Of a stretch of 64,000 bases of DNA, positions 48,377 through 59,805 are shown in pieces. The notes beneath the pieces are model-generated. The model was not told where the DNA came from. It made no database searches and saw only the letters and a list, made by a program, of their open reading frames with translations. Each line of letters begins with the position of its first letter. The first letter of the stretch is position 1. The stretch is from Takakia lepidozioides (Eukaryota > Plantae > Bryophyta): assembly GCA_030704615.1 (NCBI GenBank), contig CM060732.1, forward strand, positions 29,264,001-29,328,000. The letters are read 5' to 3'. The position numbers and the translations under genes are program-made.

Positions 48377-49900
48377 AACAACACTATACATTCTTCGACC
48401 AAGCAAACTCCATTTTTCTCGAGTTATGGTCATCATCCTCGAACAAACCTTTTCCACATGAAGACTGTTGGAAGCCCTGCTGTAGAAAACCTTGCTACTC
48501 ATCTCACTACGATTCACAATGAGCTTACATTCCACCTCGCATAAGTTCAAAAACAATACAAGGAGTACGCAAATCAACGTCGTCAACTTCAACCCCAGTT
48601 CAAGGTCGAAGATCGTGTGTGGCTTCTTCGACGGGACATACAAACATTGCGACCATCAAGGAAGTTGGATTATCAACGTCTGGGACCATTCAAAATTATT
48701 CGACAAATAAATCCGGTCAGTTTTCGGCTTGAATTTCCATGAAGTATGCGCATCCATCCAGTCTTTCATGTTTCATTATTGGAGTTGTATCATCCATCGA
48801 ATATTCCAGGAAGAGTCTCCGTACCACCTCCACCAATCGAAGTCAATCGGGAAATTGAGTATGAAGTCGACGAAGTCCTAGACTCCCGCATCAAGTATAA
48901 ACGTCTTGAGTATTTCGTACATTGGAAAGACTACGACATCAGCGAACAAACGTGGGAACCTTCATCCAACCTCGCCAATGCATCTGACAAAGTCCAAGGT
49001 GAAGACTCCACATTCAATGTACCTGATACACGCTAAGGAGGGAGGAGCACCACACATCAGTATATATAGCTAGACTTCCAACACTCTTGCATCTTGTATT
49101 GGCAATATGGAGTCACATGAACCAGATACATTGGAGTTGTCGCTTACCCAGCTACCAGATCAGCCGTTTCGACTCTTACGACCTTCAACATCATGCCGAC
49201 GCTCTCGAGACGATGGGCCACCAATGCGACGCGTACTTCCTCGTCTAGATCCCGTACGACGACAAGTGGAGCGTACTCGAAGTCTGATAATTCTGTTGGA
49301 GGTTGAGGCTTCGGACCCAGAGGACAACGAAATCATGTTTGAAGGTAGCTTCGAAAATCAGAATGCTCAAATCACTGCGTGGTCCCAAGTTCAAGGTGTT
49401 GGACACTATCGATGGTTGCAGAGACCTATAAATCATTTGAGTCAAGAACGAAGAGCCGAATACTTGACAAGTACCATTCGCCGGATTTTGGATTTTTTCC
49501 AACTCTAAGCAAGTCCAAGATTTTACCGCTCCTCGAGGAACTCGGCGCTAGATGAGAGGGTGATGTCAAGGACATAGCCCAGAGGAACTTATCAGGAGTA
49601 AATACCAGAAGTTATCAAGTTACCATGTTACCGGAAGTTACCATGATTTACCATGATTTATCATGATCTACCATGATTTACCATAACTTATCAAGTTACC
49701 GAGAGTTTACCAAATTACCAAGAGTAACTTGGGAAACTGCTCAGGAAGCTTCATTTGGAGGAAACTTCTCCATCAAGATACCTCCTTTGTTTAAGGAAGC
49801 TTCTCCATCAAGAAACCTTTGTTTAATCTTGGAAACTTCTCCAGCAAGCAACCTCCATAGGGGAAGCTTCTTAAGGAAGCTTCTTAGTAGCACAGGGTAA
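48377..49900 (+). mobile_element. Chromovirus (Tcn1-like Ty3/gypsy) 3' end: integrase GPF module, chromodomain, PPT, partial LTR
   Basis: KLDYQRLGPFKI..IHPVFHVSLL..EYEVDEVLDSR..YFVHWKDY..TWEP; PPT ~49553-49563; LTR from TGTCAAGG 49564 with 10-bp TTACCATGAT repeats. Confidence 0.9.
49107..49508 (+). CDS. Unknown 133-aa protein inside a 512-bp insertion
   Basis: ATG-to-TAA open frame, TATATATA at ~49061, insert flanked by AAGTCCAAG direct repeats. Confidence 0.45.
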   Translation: MESHEPDTLELSLTQLPDQPFRLLRPSTSCRRSRDDGPPMRRVLPRLDPVRRQVERTRSLIILLEVEASDPEDNEIMFEGSFENQNAQITAWSQVQGVGHYRWLQRPINHLSQERRAEYLTSTIRRILDFFQL

Positions 49901-51677
49901 AACCCTGCGCAACCCTAATGTCTTTCTTTTTGCGCTAAAAGAGTGCGCGCGATGGCGGCTTGGAGGTGGCGATGGTGCTCGTGCTGCAGATACCATGAGC
50001 TGTCAATCCCCGGAGTGTTTAAGGCTCTTGTGAGCGCCGCCTCTGCGGGCTCTTTAAGGCGATGGCGGTGGCTTAGAGATGAGGGAAGATTCACTGTCTC
50101 ATCTGTCTGTTTTTTGCTGCACAATGGAACAAAAGCAGTAATGGCGGATGTACCACCTGCCTACTTGTGAAGTTTCCCTAGGAACCCTCCTCTGGATCTT
50201 TGATGAATGGTTGCGTCTTGGTAGAACAATGAAGTCTCTCTCTCCCTCCCTTTATAAACCCTACCTTATGAGACAAAGCTATTTTTTCTTGTGCTTGGCA
50301 AGACTTTGCTTTGGTTAAGGTAGCAGTGTTGTGGTGTTGGCGGAGACCTCCCTACACGGTTGGGCTTGTGGAGAGATGGCGACCATCCCCCAAACAGTAA
50401 AAAAGTTTTTTTTTTTTTTTTGTCTTGCTTCCCTGCTTTCTTTGGCATTCTCTGTGCTTAGATTCAAGTGTATTTGACCTCGATAGCAAGTGTGGAAGCC
50501 TGCTACTCACCTCGTGCATCCTCACTAACTCACAATGTGTTGTGGTTGTTTTTGGGACGGCCACAGGTGAGGGCTTCCACTTAATATGCTGATGTTTAGG
50601 TGCTGCTGGATACCAAGTGGGTTGCAGAGCTGTAGAAGGGGTTGCTGGCCATGGATTCATCTTAAAATGCTGAAAAACTAAACTACTCTATGGTTTTTCT
50701 TGATCCTACCTCTTTCTTTTATCTATGAAGAACAAGTTTAGTGTTGTTTAGGTTGGGCTATTTCGGCCCAGCCAATGGAAGGTCTTTGCTTTGTTGTGAC
50801 AGCCGAGTTTATGATGGCTTATGTGAGACAACATCTGTTTTTCGGGCCCTAGTTTGCTTTGCTTGCCTTTAGTGACTGGCCTTTGAAGCAGCCAAGGAGT
50901 TTAAGTGGAAATACTCCCTGGGCATGGTGTAATGACATGGTTAAATATGGTGTGGTGTAAATGTGGTATGTAGGCAATATCTTGTATTGTCATGGGCTGT
51001 TTGTGCAGTGTCATATGCTTGCTTTGTTGTGTCATAAACTCTGATTCTCAGCTGCAGCATGGTTGAAATGATAAGGCACCAACACTTGGTTTTTTTTCAA
51101 GCTGTGCTGCAGGCCAGTTTAAACAAATATTTGCAGGCAAGGTTATTTGAATCTGAGGTACCCCAAGTCCTGATTTTTAACCTACATGACAATCATGGGG
51201 TTTGAGCAAGTACACTTGGATTCTAGCTTGTGGACATCAATCAACTCAGCTTATAAATGTGTGAGATCATTTGACCTGCAATGCATTAAGGCCAAATATG
51301 GCCGAGTGCCCACCATCCCACCCAGACCTCTGAATGTATATCCTGATTATGACTGGTGGTCAATCAGTATTTTTACTTACTCTTTGGGTTATGAAGATTA
51401 TGACATGAACACATTATTGTGCATGGAGGTAATTATGGGTTTTCTAGCTTGATGATTGATGGATAGTGCCACTGAAAAGTGGCTGATATGTCTCATTATT
51501 CTTATTCTTCTTGACAACGACCCTAGGGGTCTTGTCCTTGTCTTGACATGACAAAAGTATCTTCCCTCTCTCTCCATGAAATTGAAACTGAAGAACAATT
51601 CTTCTATTGTCCTATGTACTATGAGATCCGTGGGGATCCACTGTCTACTCCGTGGAACCCAAACTCTCACTGAATCT

Positions 51678-52017
51678 CACTATAAGGATCAGAAATGCAT
51701 GGCTGCTTACCTGCAGTTGGGCGCCTCACGCAACAGCTCTTTCATGCTGGTGCTCCGCCACCAGGTCGTGTGGGCGCACTCCCTCGCTCAAACAACCCAA
51801 AAAAAAAAAAAACGAGGGAGAGAATGAGGGAGAGTGAGAGCTGAGAGGGAGAATGAGAGAGAGAGAAGGAGAGGGAGGGCAGCTCCCTCATGCGGCAGCT
51901 CCTTCACGCTGGCGGTCCCGCGGCGTTGGCGTTCCACAAGCAGGTCGCGGGGGCGCGCTCCCAGCTCGCTCAAATAGCTATAATATATATATATATATAA
52001 TTTTATTAAAAAAAAAT

Positions 52018-52058
<41 letters not shown>

Positions 52059-53700
52059 TAGAAGAGGGGGAGAGGGAGCGAGAGAGAGAGAGAGTGAGGG
52101 AGAGGGATTAGGGCGAGAGGGAGAGTGAGAGAGAGGATGTGCACGAGTTTGAACGTCGTGGTGCGTCAGTGCTGCGTCACCGCCACCGGAAAACGCTTCG
52201 GCGCGCCGGGGTAGTTGCATCCGGGAGAGCTCAAGAGCAAAAACAAACAAAGTAGGGATGGAGGGAGGGGAGGGAGGAAGAGTGAGAGGAGGAGGGTGAG
52301 GGAGAGCGAGATCAGATAGAGAGATTGAGAGGGGGAGTGAGAGGCGGTCGGTGCAGCCGCGGCGCGCCAGTGTGGCAACCCCACCGGAAAACCTCGGCGG
52401 CGATCAGACGCCTTCGTGAAGGGGAGAGAAGGGCGGCCACCTTGGTAGGAGGAGGATCCGCTGCGACGTTGGGGAATCGCACGTGCGTCGCTGCCTCAGG
52501 GGACGTCGCACGGTAGTCGCAGTGGCGACGCACATCTGGCGCAGAGGTGAGTTGAAGAGGCCTCTCATTTTTATTTTTATTTTTTTGGTTTATTGGGTTA
52601 TGGGGTTTTGCAATGATCATTTGGGTTTTTGGGTCTCTGGCTCTTAGGGTTTTAAGGGTTACATAGTTTATTTTAAGGGTTTAGTTTCATAGTTTAGTTT
52701 AGGGTTAGTTATAATATAGTTGGTTTAGGATTAGCTGCAATATAGTTTTGTTTTTAGGGTTTCATTTTTTTGCGGGGTGGGGACATATGGCTTTACATTT
52801 GTAGGGTTTTTTTTTCCAAGTTTTTCCAAGGGTTGGGAGTGTAACTCCTCCGGAGGTTACAGTGGGTCACAATACGGTACTCTACCTCTCTCTCGTGCTA
52901 GGTCATGCCGCGTGTTTATCGACGTGTCACGCTTGAGATTCGTTGTCGGCTGTGCCACAACCACCTGCTGAGGGCGAGACAACACGTTCGCCTCGTCTAC
53001 AAGTTAGGCCGCATCGCCATGTCCGTATAGCTTTGCCTCCACGGCCACCACCCCGAGGTCGTAGGCCGCCAAGTCCAGAGGCACGAGCCCAGGGGAGACC
53101 CCGCCGGGACCGCCTCCCCAAGATTGAGTGTTGGTGCAGTTGGTGTTGGGCACAACTACCGGTTGGGAGGACCACACCGATGATGCGACGACCCCATGTT
53201 GTGCAAAAACATTACGCCAAGTACAAGATTGTTGATGCAGCAAAGGTAAGTCGTCCTCATATCTTCTCAAGTACTCCTCAATTAAAAGTACTATATCTAA
53301 TGAAACCTCGCGTTTGTGAATTGAGTATTGATGCATTTCATATCATGCATCTTGCAGCCCCGTCTTGATGTCCAAGCTCGCAATTTTTTTGCTGAAGAGG
53401 CATACCGATGTGGGTTTCTTCCTTCTTACGAGCCCCACCCCGTTCCGGATGTGAACATTTTTTTCTTGCAACATGACGTAGATGCAGTTTGTGAGGTAGG
53501 GGGGTACGATGCGTGTTTTTCTATTTTTGGGCACCGGGCTAGGCGCTTGTCATCTACGCACACACATTCATCATCCTCGACATCGGCACCCCCATCATCA
53601 CCAGCATCTGCATCGTCCATTCCTCCTATTGTAGATGGTCTTTCCTCATCACCATTGTCATCCGAGGTCCCTCATACGTGATGTGCTTTTGAGCTCGCGG
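51678..53700 (+). mobile_element. Possible CACTA element 5' end
   Basis: CACTATAAGGA at 51678, duplicated subterminal blocks (51715-51790, 51878-51973), GA-rich tracts, exon with CWCSWC..RRPHVVQKHYAKY|gtaagt like the transposase-associated zinc motif. Confidence 0.45.
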
Positions 53701-54620
53701 GGAGAGTGTTATGGCGGACGTGCTTTGGTGGCTGCCCCGTTTGTGTTGTCGTACCTATGCTGGACGAGCGCCTGGGGAGGCGCGAAGGCGACGTCTTGTC
53801 TCTCTTGCAGCGGGAAACAGTGCCGTGAATGCAGTGACATTTTCCCTCCTCTGGCTTTTAAGTTTAGCAAGGGCATTTGTGCTGGGAAGTGTCTCTCCCT
53901 CCTTTCTAGTGCCTTGCAATTTTGCCTGCTTTGCTTCATTGCTCATGTGCTTTGTGGAGGCGGCTTGCTGTAGGTGGTGATGGCGCATAACGCTCTTCCC
54001 AATCGCTTAAGGTGCCTTTGGAGTTCAGGGATCCTTATGTTCTTATCTTCTTCTCTTGCTTTTGAGTTTCTTGGTTGACATCGATGACAAGTGTAAGGGT
54101 CTGTGATTCACCTGGGGTTCCACAATCCTCACTAATCTGTTGATTTTGTGGGGGCTTGTGATGGGACCAGGTGAGGATCCTCACCTACTTTGAAGTTTAT
54201 TGAGCATGCAGTTGGGATATGAGCTGAGGAGACCTGTGAGTTATTGCGCTTTGAGGTGGTTGCTGCCTCCGGCCCCGATTTCAACATGACTGCTCCTGGT
54301 TTGGCATGCTACAGCCCAGTTTTTGGCTTTTGTCGTTCTACCGTCGATGACAGCTCGACATGTCTGGCCTGTTTCCTGAGGCCTGCATACAAACCATACC
54401 CTATCTTTTGATCTTTGACAACAAGGCCTATGGATTATTGAGCTAGGTTGTAAGTTCTTTGGGCCATAGAGGATCTGGTTTTATGAGGGATGCTTCGGCA
54501 AGTTTGGGTCTCTATGGATATGGTGGCCTTGAATGATATGGTGGCAGCCTGATAAGGAACCGATCTGCTTTTTTTCGGGCCTGTTTGTAGGGTGTAATGG
54601 ATCATAGTGGGGCAGTTGCA

Positions 54621-55340
54621 GGGTTGAGTGGACCAAAAACGGCAGATCCTGCTCTATGAAAGTCCATGACCCAAAAAAACAAAATTGATGATATTATCCA
54701 AAAAAAAAATTTGGTTATAGATAATGGTATACTGAACATATTTAGTAAAGAGTCCTATCCCAAATATTAAAGATATAATTCATTAAATATTTTAGTCTAT
54801 TATTAAGAGAAATTATGAAAAACTAAAAATTAGAGTTTACAAAAAAAATTCAATATGCCACCTAGCCATTGAAGATTATAGGTTTTTATACTTCTAAAAA
54901 ACAATTACACCCAAAATCCAAAAAACAAGATGAGCTATGGACTTTTCAAGAAACGCCTATTTTTTTTTACATATATTAGTCCATATGAGTCAGATGACAA
55001 ATGATTTTGCCACTTCAAATCCATACCTATGATGTGGACCAAAATGGCCACCTTAAGTCCAAATTTCAATGGAATTCACCAATGGCACATATGAGACCTT
55101 GAGTCCATTGTAATTCCATTCACAAGGGTAACAGTCCACAATGACGGTGTTCAAAAGTCCATAGCGGAGTCATTTCTTATCGGATTCATGATTGGAGAGT
55201 TGCTATGGGTATTGAAGCTAGGAATCCAATAACATATATATTTGCTGGTTTTAATGAGTTAATTCAAATTCAATTGATGACACCATCAATTGCAGTCATC
55301 TAAAACTGTGCCGGTCACGTCTATTTTGGTCCAGTCAACC
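54621..55340. mobile_element. Non-autonomous TIR element (MITE-like, 720 bp)
   Basis: GGGTTGAGTGGACCAAAA ... TTTTGGTCCAGTCAACC; TTGCA on both flanks; AT-rich interior. Confidence 0.8.
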
Positions 55341-56149
55341 TTGCATTCACCCAGTGAGGTGTTCTTTGCAAGCTTTAACATGGACCTCTTGAATGATGAG
55401 GATGGTAAGCTGTAATGGGATCCTACCTATAGTTTTGACTTTGTCATGACATCAGGCCTATGACCTGCAATTTGGTTTTTTTTATGTGCAAAAGAGGCTA
55501 GATCTTGGTTGTTCAAGTTGCTTGTGTGTACAAGTCTTGAATTTGCAATTTGATAGGCTGAGTTCACATTCCCTTGACACCTTGTATGATCACATGTCTC
55601 GAGGTGAATACAAATGGTATGTAATCCATTTCATCATGCCCAAGTAGGATTGCTTGGAGGCATATTTTGATTCTGAAAAATTGCAGGTTGGTCTTTATGC
55701 CTTGGCTAATGCATGATAAGGTAGTATGCTGCTAATTATTTTGTGATACCCAAGATATTTGCTTGAAGGGCATGTCTTGAATCTGCAATTTTGCAGGCTG
55801 GTTTAATCACATACCCAAGATGTTTTGCTCTATGCATGTCTTGTTGTAATTGTGATGCCAAGAAACGGTATGACAGGCTGTAGCAATCAGTTTTTTCAGA
55901 ACACAAGATGTTTGCTTCTATGCTTATGTTGTTGTCATGACCTGTACATTAACAAACCCCGCCCTCCCACCCTGTTTTATCAATAATGATTGGGTGATGT
56001 CGATTCATGGGAAGCTATGACAAGAATGGAAATGTTAGATGATGCCCTGTTTTGGGTTGTTTATGTCTTTAATTGACAATGACCCTAGTAGGGTCTTGTC
56101 CATGTCTTGACATGACATGAATATCTTCCCTATCTCTTTTTAACTTTTT

Positions 56150-56935
56150 CTGTAGAGGGGTCAACTCTGAGGTTAAGAAAACCATGCTTTGTCACATTAT
56201 TAGACCTGCCTTGGAGTACGGATCTGCAATATGGGTTGATAAATCTGACTTAGAGGCTGTAGTGTCCAAAGCCATGTCTATTGCCATGAGATTGTATGAT
56301 GAAAATGAAGTTAGGCAAAAAAACTTCCTTGAACTTGTTTCCAGTCTATGACATGGGGGAGGACATCTTGGATGACCTCAAGGGTCTACCCACTCTCGGC
56401 ACTAGACTGAAATTTAAACTCGGGGCAGGAAGCCTTCCGTTGATAAGCAAACAGAAGCAGAGAGGAAAGAGAGAGTGCAATTGCTCATTGTGTGGGCAAT
56501 CTGAAGACAGTACTCATTTTCTGATACACTGTCCGGGGATCTCTTACCAAAGAGATGCTCTCTTCAAATCTATCAAGGGAATTGTGCCTATACCTCTGTT
56601 TACCAACTGTGAAAGTCTCAAGGCTGAGCCAAAAGCCCAGGCCTTCCTGATGCCTAGTTATTGGGCAAATCACACACATCAGATTGATGCTTGTGTGAAG
56701 GGATTTCTAGAGGATATCTGGAAAACCCGGATTAATTCTGTATATGAAGGTAAGTCTTACTACCAACGTCAGCCCCTGATAGAGGCAGGTTCTGTCCCTT
56801 TTATTTCTGCTCAAACTGGGCGCGGGGTCAATGTCCACAAGGCTACGGCAAACAACGTCTTATGAGTACAATCTTTTTAACTTTTTCTGCCCTTGTGGTT
56901 TGTTTATTTTTGTGAGCAATAAAAAGAGATAAATA
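56150..56935 (+). mobile_element. LINE 3' end (RT thumb, CCHC knuckle, 3' UTR)
   Basis: IIRPALEYGSAIW; CSLCGQSEDSTHFLIHC; related copies at 2200-2510 and 63395-63600. Confidence 0.8.
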
Positions 56936-57143
56936 ATGACGGGAGTTTTGCAATCAGTATATAATATATTCCGGGTTGTTGTCCAGATGAAGCAAAACCT
57001 TACAGGTATTAATGAAGAAATATCTTACTAGGGGAAAAAAAGGATGTATTATAGATGAAAAACATCTAAATTGCCTGCAACCCAATTTTTCAATTTTTTC
57101 AAGGATGGAAGTTAGAACAACAATTCCATAAACCCAGTTTCCA

Positions 57144-57148
<5 letters not shown>

Positions 57149-57190
<42 letters not shown>
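57149..57190. repeat. (GA)n microsatellite
   Basis: About 21 GA units. Confidence 0.95.
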
Positions 57191-57195
<5 letters not shown>

Positions 57196-57724
57196 AAAAT
57201 AATAAAATAATAAATAAATAAATAAATGGGGAGGTGACTGAGCCCGTGGTGTTCAGCAGCTGCTGGTAGTGCTCAGTCACCCCTCCCCCCCGCCCCCCCC
57301 CCTTTTTTTTTTTCTTTTCTCTTTGTTGCCCCCTCTCGAGACCCCGAGCACTTGCTGCTCTCAGCCCTCGACATGCTTGGTTTTTTTTTGTTTTTGATCT
57401 GGAATGTAGAGGATGTTTCCTAATGAGGCCAACTTGTGGGTTTGCATGACAGGTGTCAGCTTATGGGGAAAGAGAAGAAGTCTCCTACCCCAAAGAAAGG
57501 GGCGGACAATCCGTTTGCTCTACCGGCACATGTGACGCGTCAGGGCGTCTCATGGTTAACCAGCCCCATCGACAGCCGCAGCCGGAGGGCTTGTCTGCCC
57601 CCCGAGGCCAGTACCCCCCCTTTTGTCCACATCTTGGATGTGCCAGGGGTCGGCTCAGCCAACTCTTATATTCGGGAGGTTGTTGCTGAGCCGGATGCTC
57701 AGTTGATCAAGCACATCTCCGGCC

Positions 57725-58090
57725 ACCAAGACGGTATTGTCAATCGGGATGTAGATGGATTGAGTCGTAATCTATGCACGAGCGAGCATGATGATATTGG
57801 AGCTCGGTGGCATGGTGAGACAGATGAGAAGATGATGCCAGGATGACATGCATCGGTCTTTTTGTGCATTCTAGCAATGGGAGCTCAAGCTGGTTCATCC
57901 CATGTGATTGGTCATGTAGATAGTGTGCATGACGATCCAGAGACTAGTGATGAGCTTAGTGGTGCTAAAGATGTGCATGAAGATGCAGAAGTGTTGGCAT
58001 ACCTTCGTACTGGAGCAGCAGCCAGTGTGACTGCTAAGGAGAGGGATCGGGTCCTACAACGAGCTAAGAGGTTCAAGTGGGAGGGGACTC
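57725..58090 (+). mobile_element. Ty3/gypsy RNase H end / integrase linker fragment
   Basis: GIVNRDVDGLSRN...DVHEDAEVLAYL..KERDRVLQRAKRFKWEG. Confidence 0.7.
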
Positions 58091-58094
58091 GCCT

Positions 58095-58300
58095 ACTCTT
58101 GTTATCCTTCATGCTCCCACAATTGGCATACATGTCCACGTGAGTAGTGTCCAAAATGATAGTTGGCACGATTCTAGCTTTCAATGGCAGCATGGACCTC
58201 TCTGGAGTTTGAAATCTGGCCCTCTTGGATGAATCCGAACATATTCATTCCAGAGCTTCTCCTCGTCTATGTTATCTGTGAAAAAAGGTTCTGCAGTAGG
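58095..58300 (-). pseudogene. PDF-motif fragment adjacent to PPR fragment
   Basis: EEKLWNEY..HPRGPDFK followed by IVPTIILDTTHVDMYANCGSMKD. Confidence 0.6.
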
Positions 58301-59004
58301 ATCTCCCTCCGAGATCGGTGTGTGAAACCCCTCTGCGAACAGCATCGTCCCTTTCCCGCGCTGCAAGACGCCTCTCCCAGTTATTTTTGGGCATTTCGAG
58401 CAGGTCCTTAAGAAAAACGATGACGATGATGTGGCATTATGGCACCCTACTCCCGCTCTACACTAAACTAGTCTCCGACCTTCAGTTGTCGCTAGAATCT
58501 AATGATCAGTTTTGTAAATACGGTACATCAATAATTCATACATCAGCTAGGCCCTGTCCCATGCTTTATATATGGCCCACTGCTCTTTCTGGAAGGTGGG
58601 CCCCATCCCATCCTCTACATAAAAAACCCCTGGCTACCTCCCAGCAACCCCCCTCCTTCTGCACATACCCCCCTACTTCTATACGTAGAGGTGTGTGCAG
58701 CCTCTGGAGCCATTTCCCTCCTCTCCAAGCCTCCCGTCGGCCCCATTGATTGGCTCTTCCCACAGTGTCGGGTTGCCTGATCTTCAACTCTTCCCCCAAT
58801 TGATCATCGGTACTATGTTTATTTCAATATAACATTCTAAGGAAATTTCTCTATAGTTTTAGGGTGGAGCCATTACGAGACTAGCCGCTTGTTATTGGTC
58901 TACCGGCTAGCTAAACTGTCTCCGGCTATGCAACCCCATGCATCATAGGAGTTGTATTTTGAGACAATTTTCAGTTTGGGGCCGAGTTGTTTTTGTGATG
59001 CAAC

Positions 59005-59180
59005 ACCAACCCACTGCCACACGTCGCAATGCAAACTGATATATAATAGGGTGTAACTTAGTTTCAATCTTCAGAATCCTCACATAAGCGATATTGGACC
59101 CACCCAGTGCCACACTTCGCAATGCAAACTGATATATATTAGGGTGTAACTTAATTTCAATCTTTAGAATCCTCACATAC
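59005..59180. repeat. Tandem duplication (~93 bp x2)
   Basis: tgccacac.tcgcaatgcaaactgatatata.tagggtgtaactta...gaatcctcacata twice. Confidence 0.9.
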
Positions 59181-59805
59181 TTCAACATTTATGTCCCATG
59201 CACCCTCAAGTTAATCAACTTGACCAAGCAGACTGTGAGATGAGATGCTTCTGCATAGCTAGCACTACAGAAAAACCTCTCATAGATCTGAGTATCTCAT
59301 ACACAGCTACCCTATGGGATATCAAAAATAGGTATTGCATATATGTTGCAAGTGGCAATAACTGTTCAACTGGACCCTTCATAGTGTTTGGTATAAATGG
59401 AACTATTTTAAACTTGCTATGAAGGAACCGATACAATGGTATATGCAGATTAAATGCCAATTAGTCAACAATCTACCTGAAGAAATCCACAGCCTTACAG
59501 TAAATGAATGCACTTGCACCAACTGACCGCTTAGGAACTACATGGAAGCTAATCCAGAGAACCCAACGTTTCAATAGACTAAAAGAGATTTCTTATCCAA
59601 GAGCTGTTTGTTGCCTCAACCCCTAAAAGCTCTGTGCAAAAATGCCTTAACATTTCTTAGCACTAAAACTTCCAACATAGAGAGAGTGCTTGGCTAAGCT
59701 ACACCCACGGAATGGCTGGACAGCCTTGGTCCGAACAGTCCATATTTCCCAAGGTATCAAATCAACTGCCATGCAACAAACAAGTCTATGAATGACACTG
59801 GCCGT

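Noticed and set aside
52620-52770. Interstitial telomere
   Set aside because: Only a few scattered TTTAGGG-like words in T-rich DNA, not a tandem array
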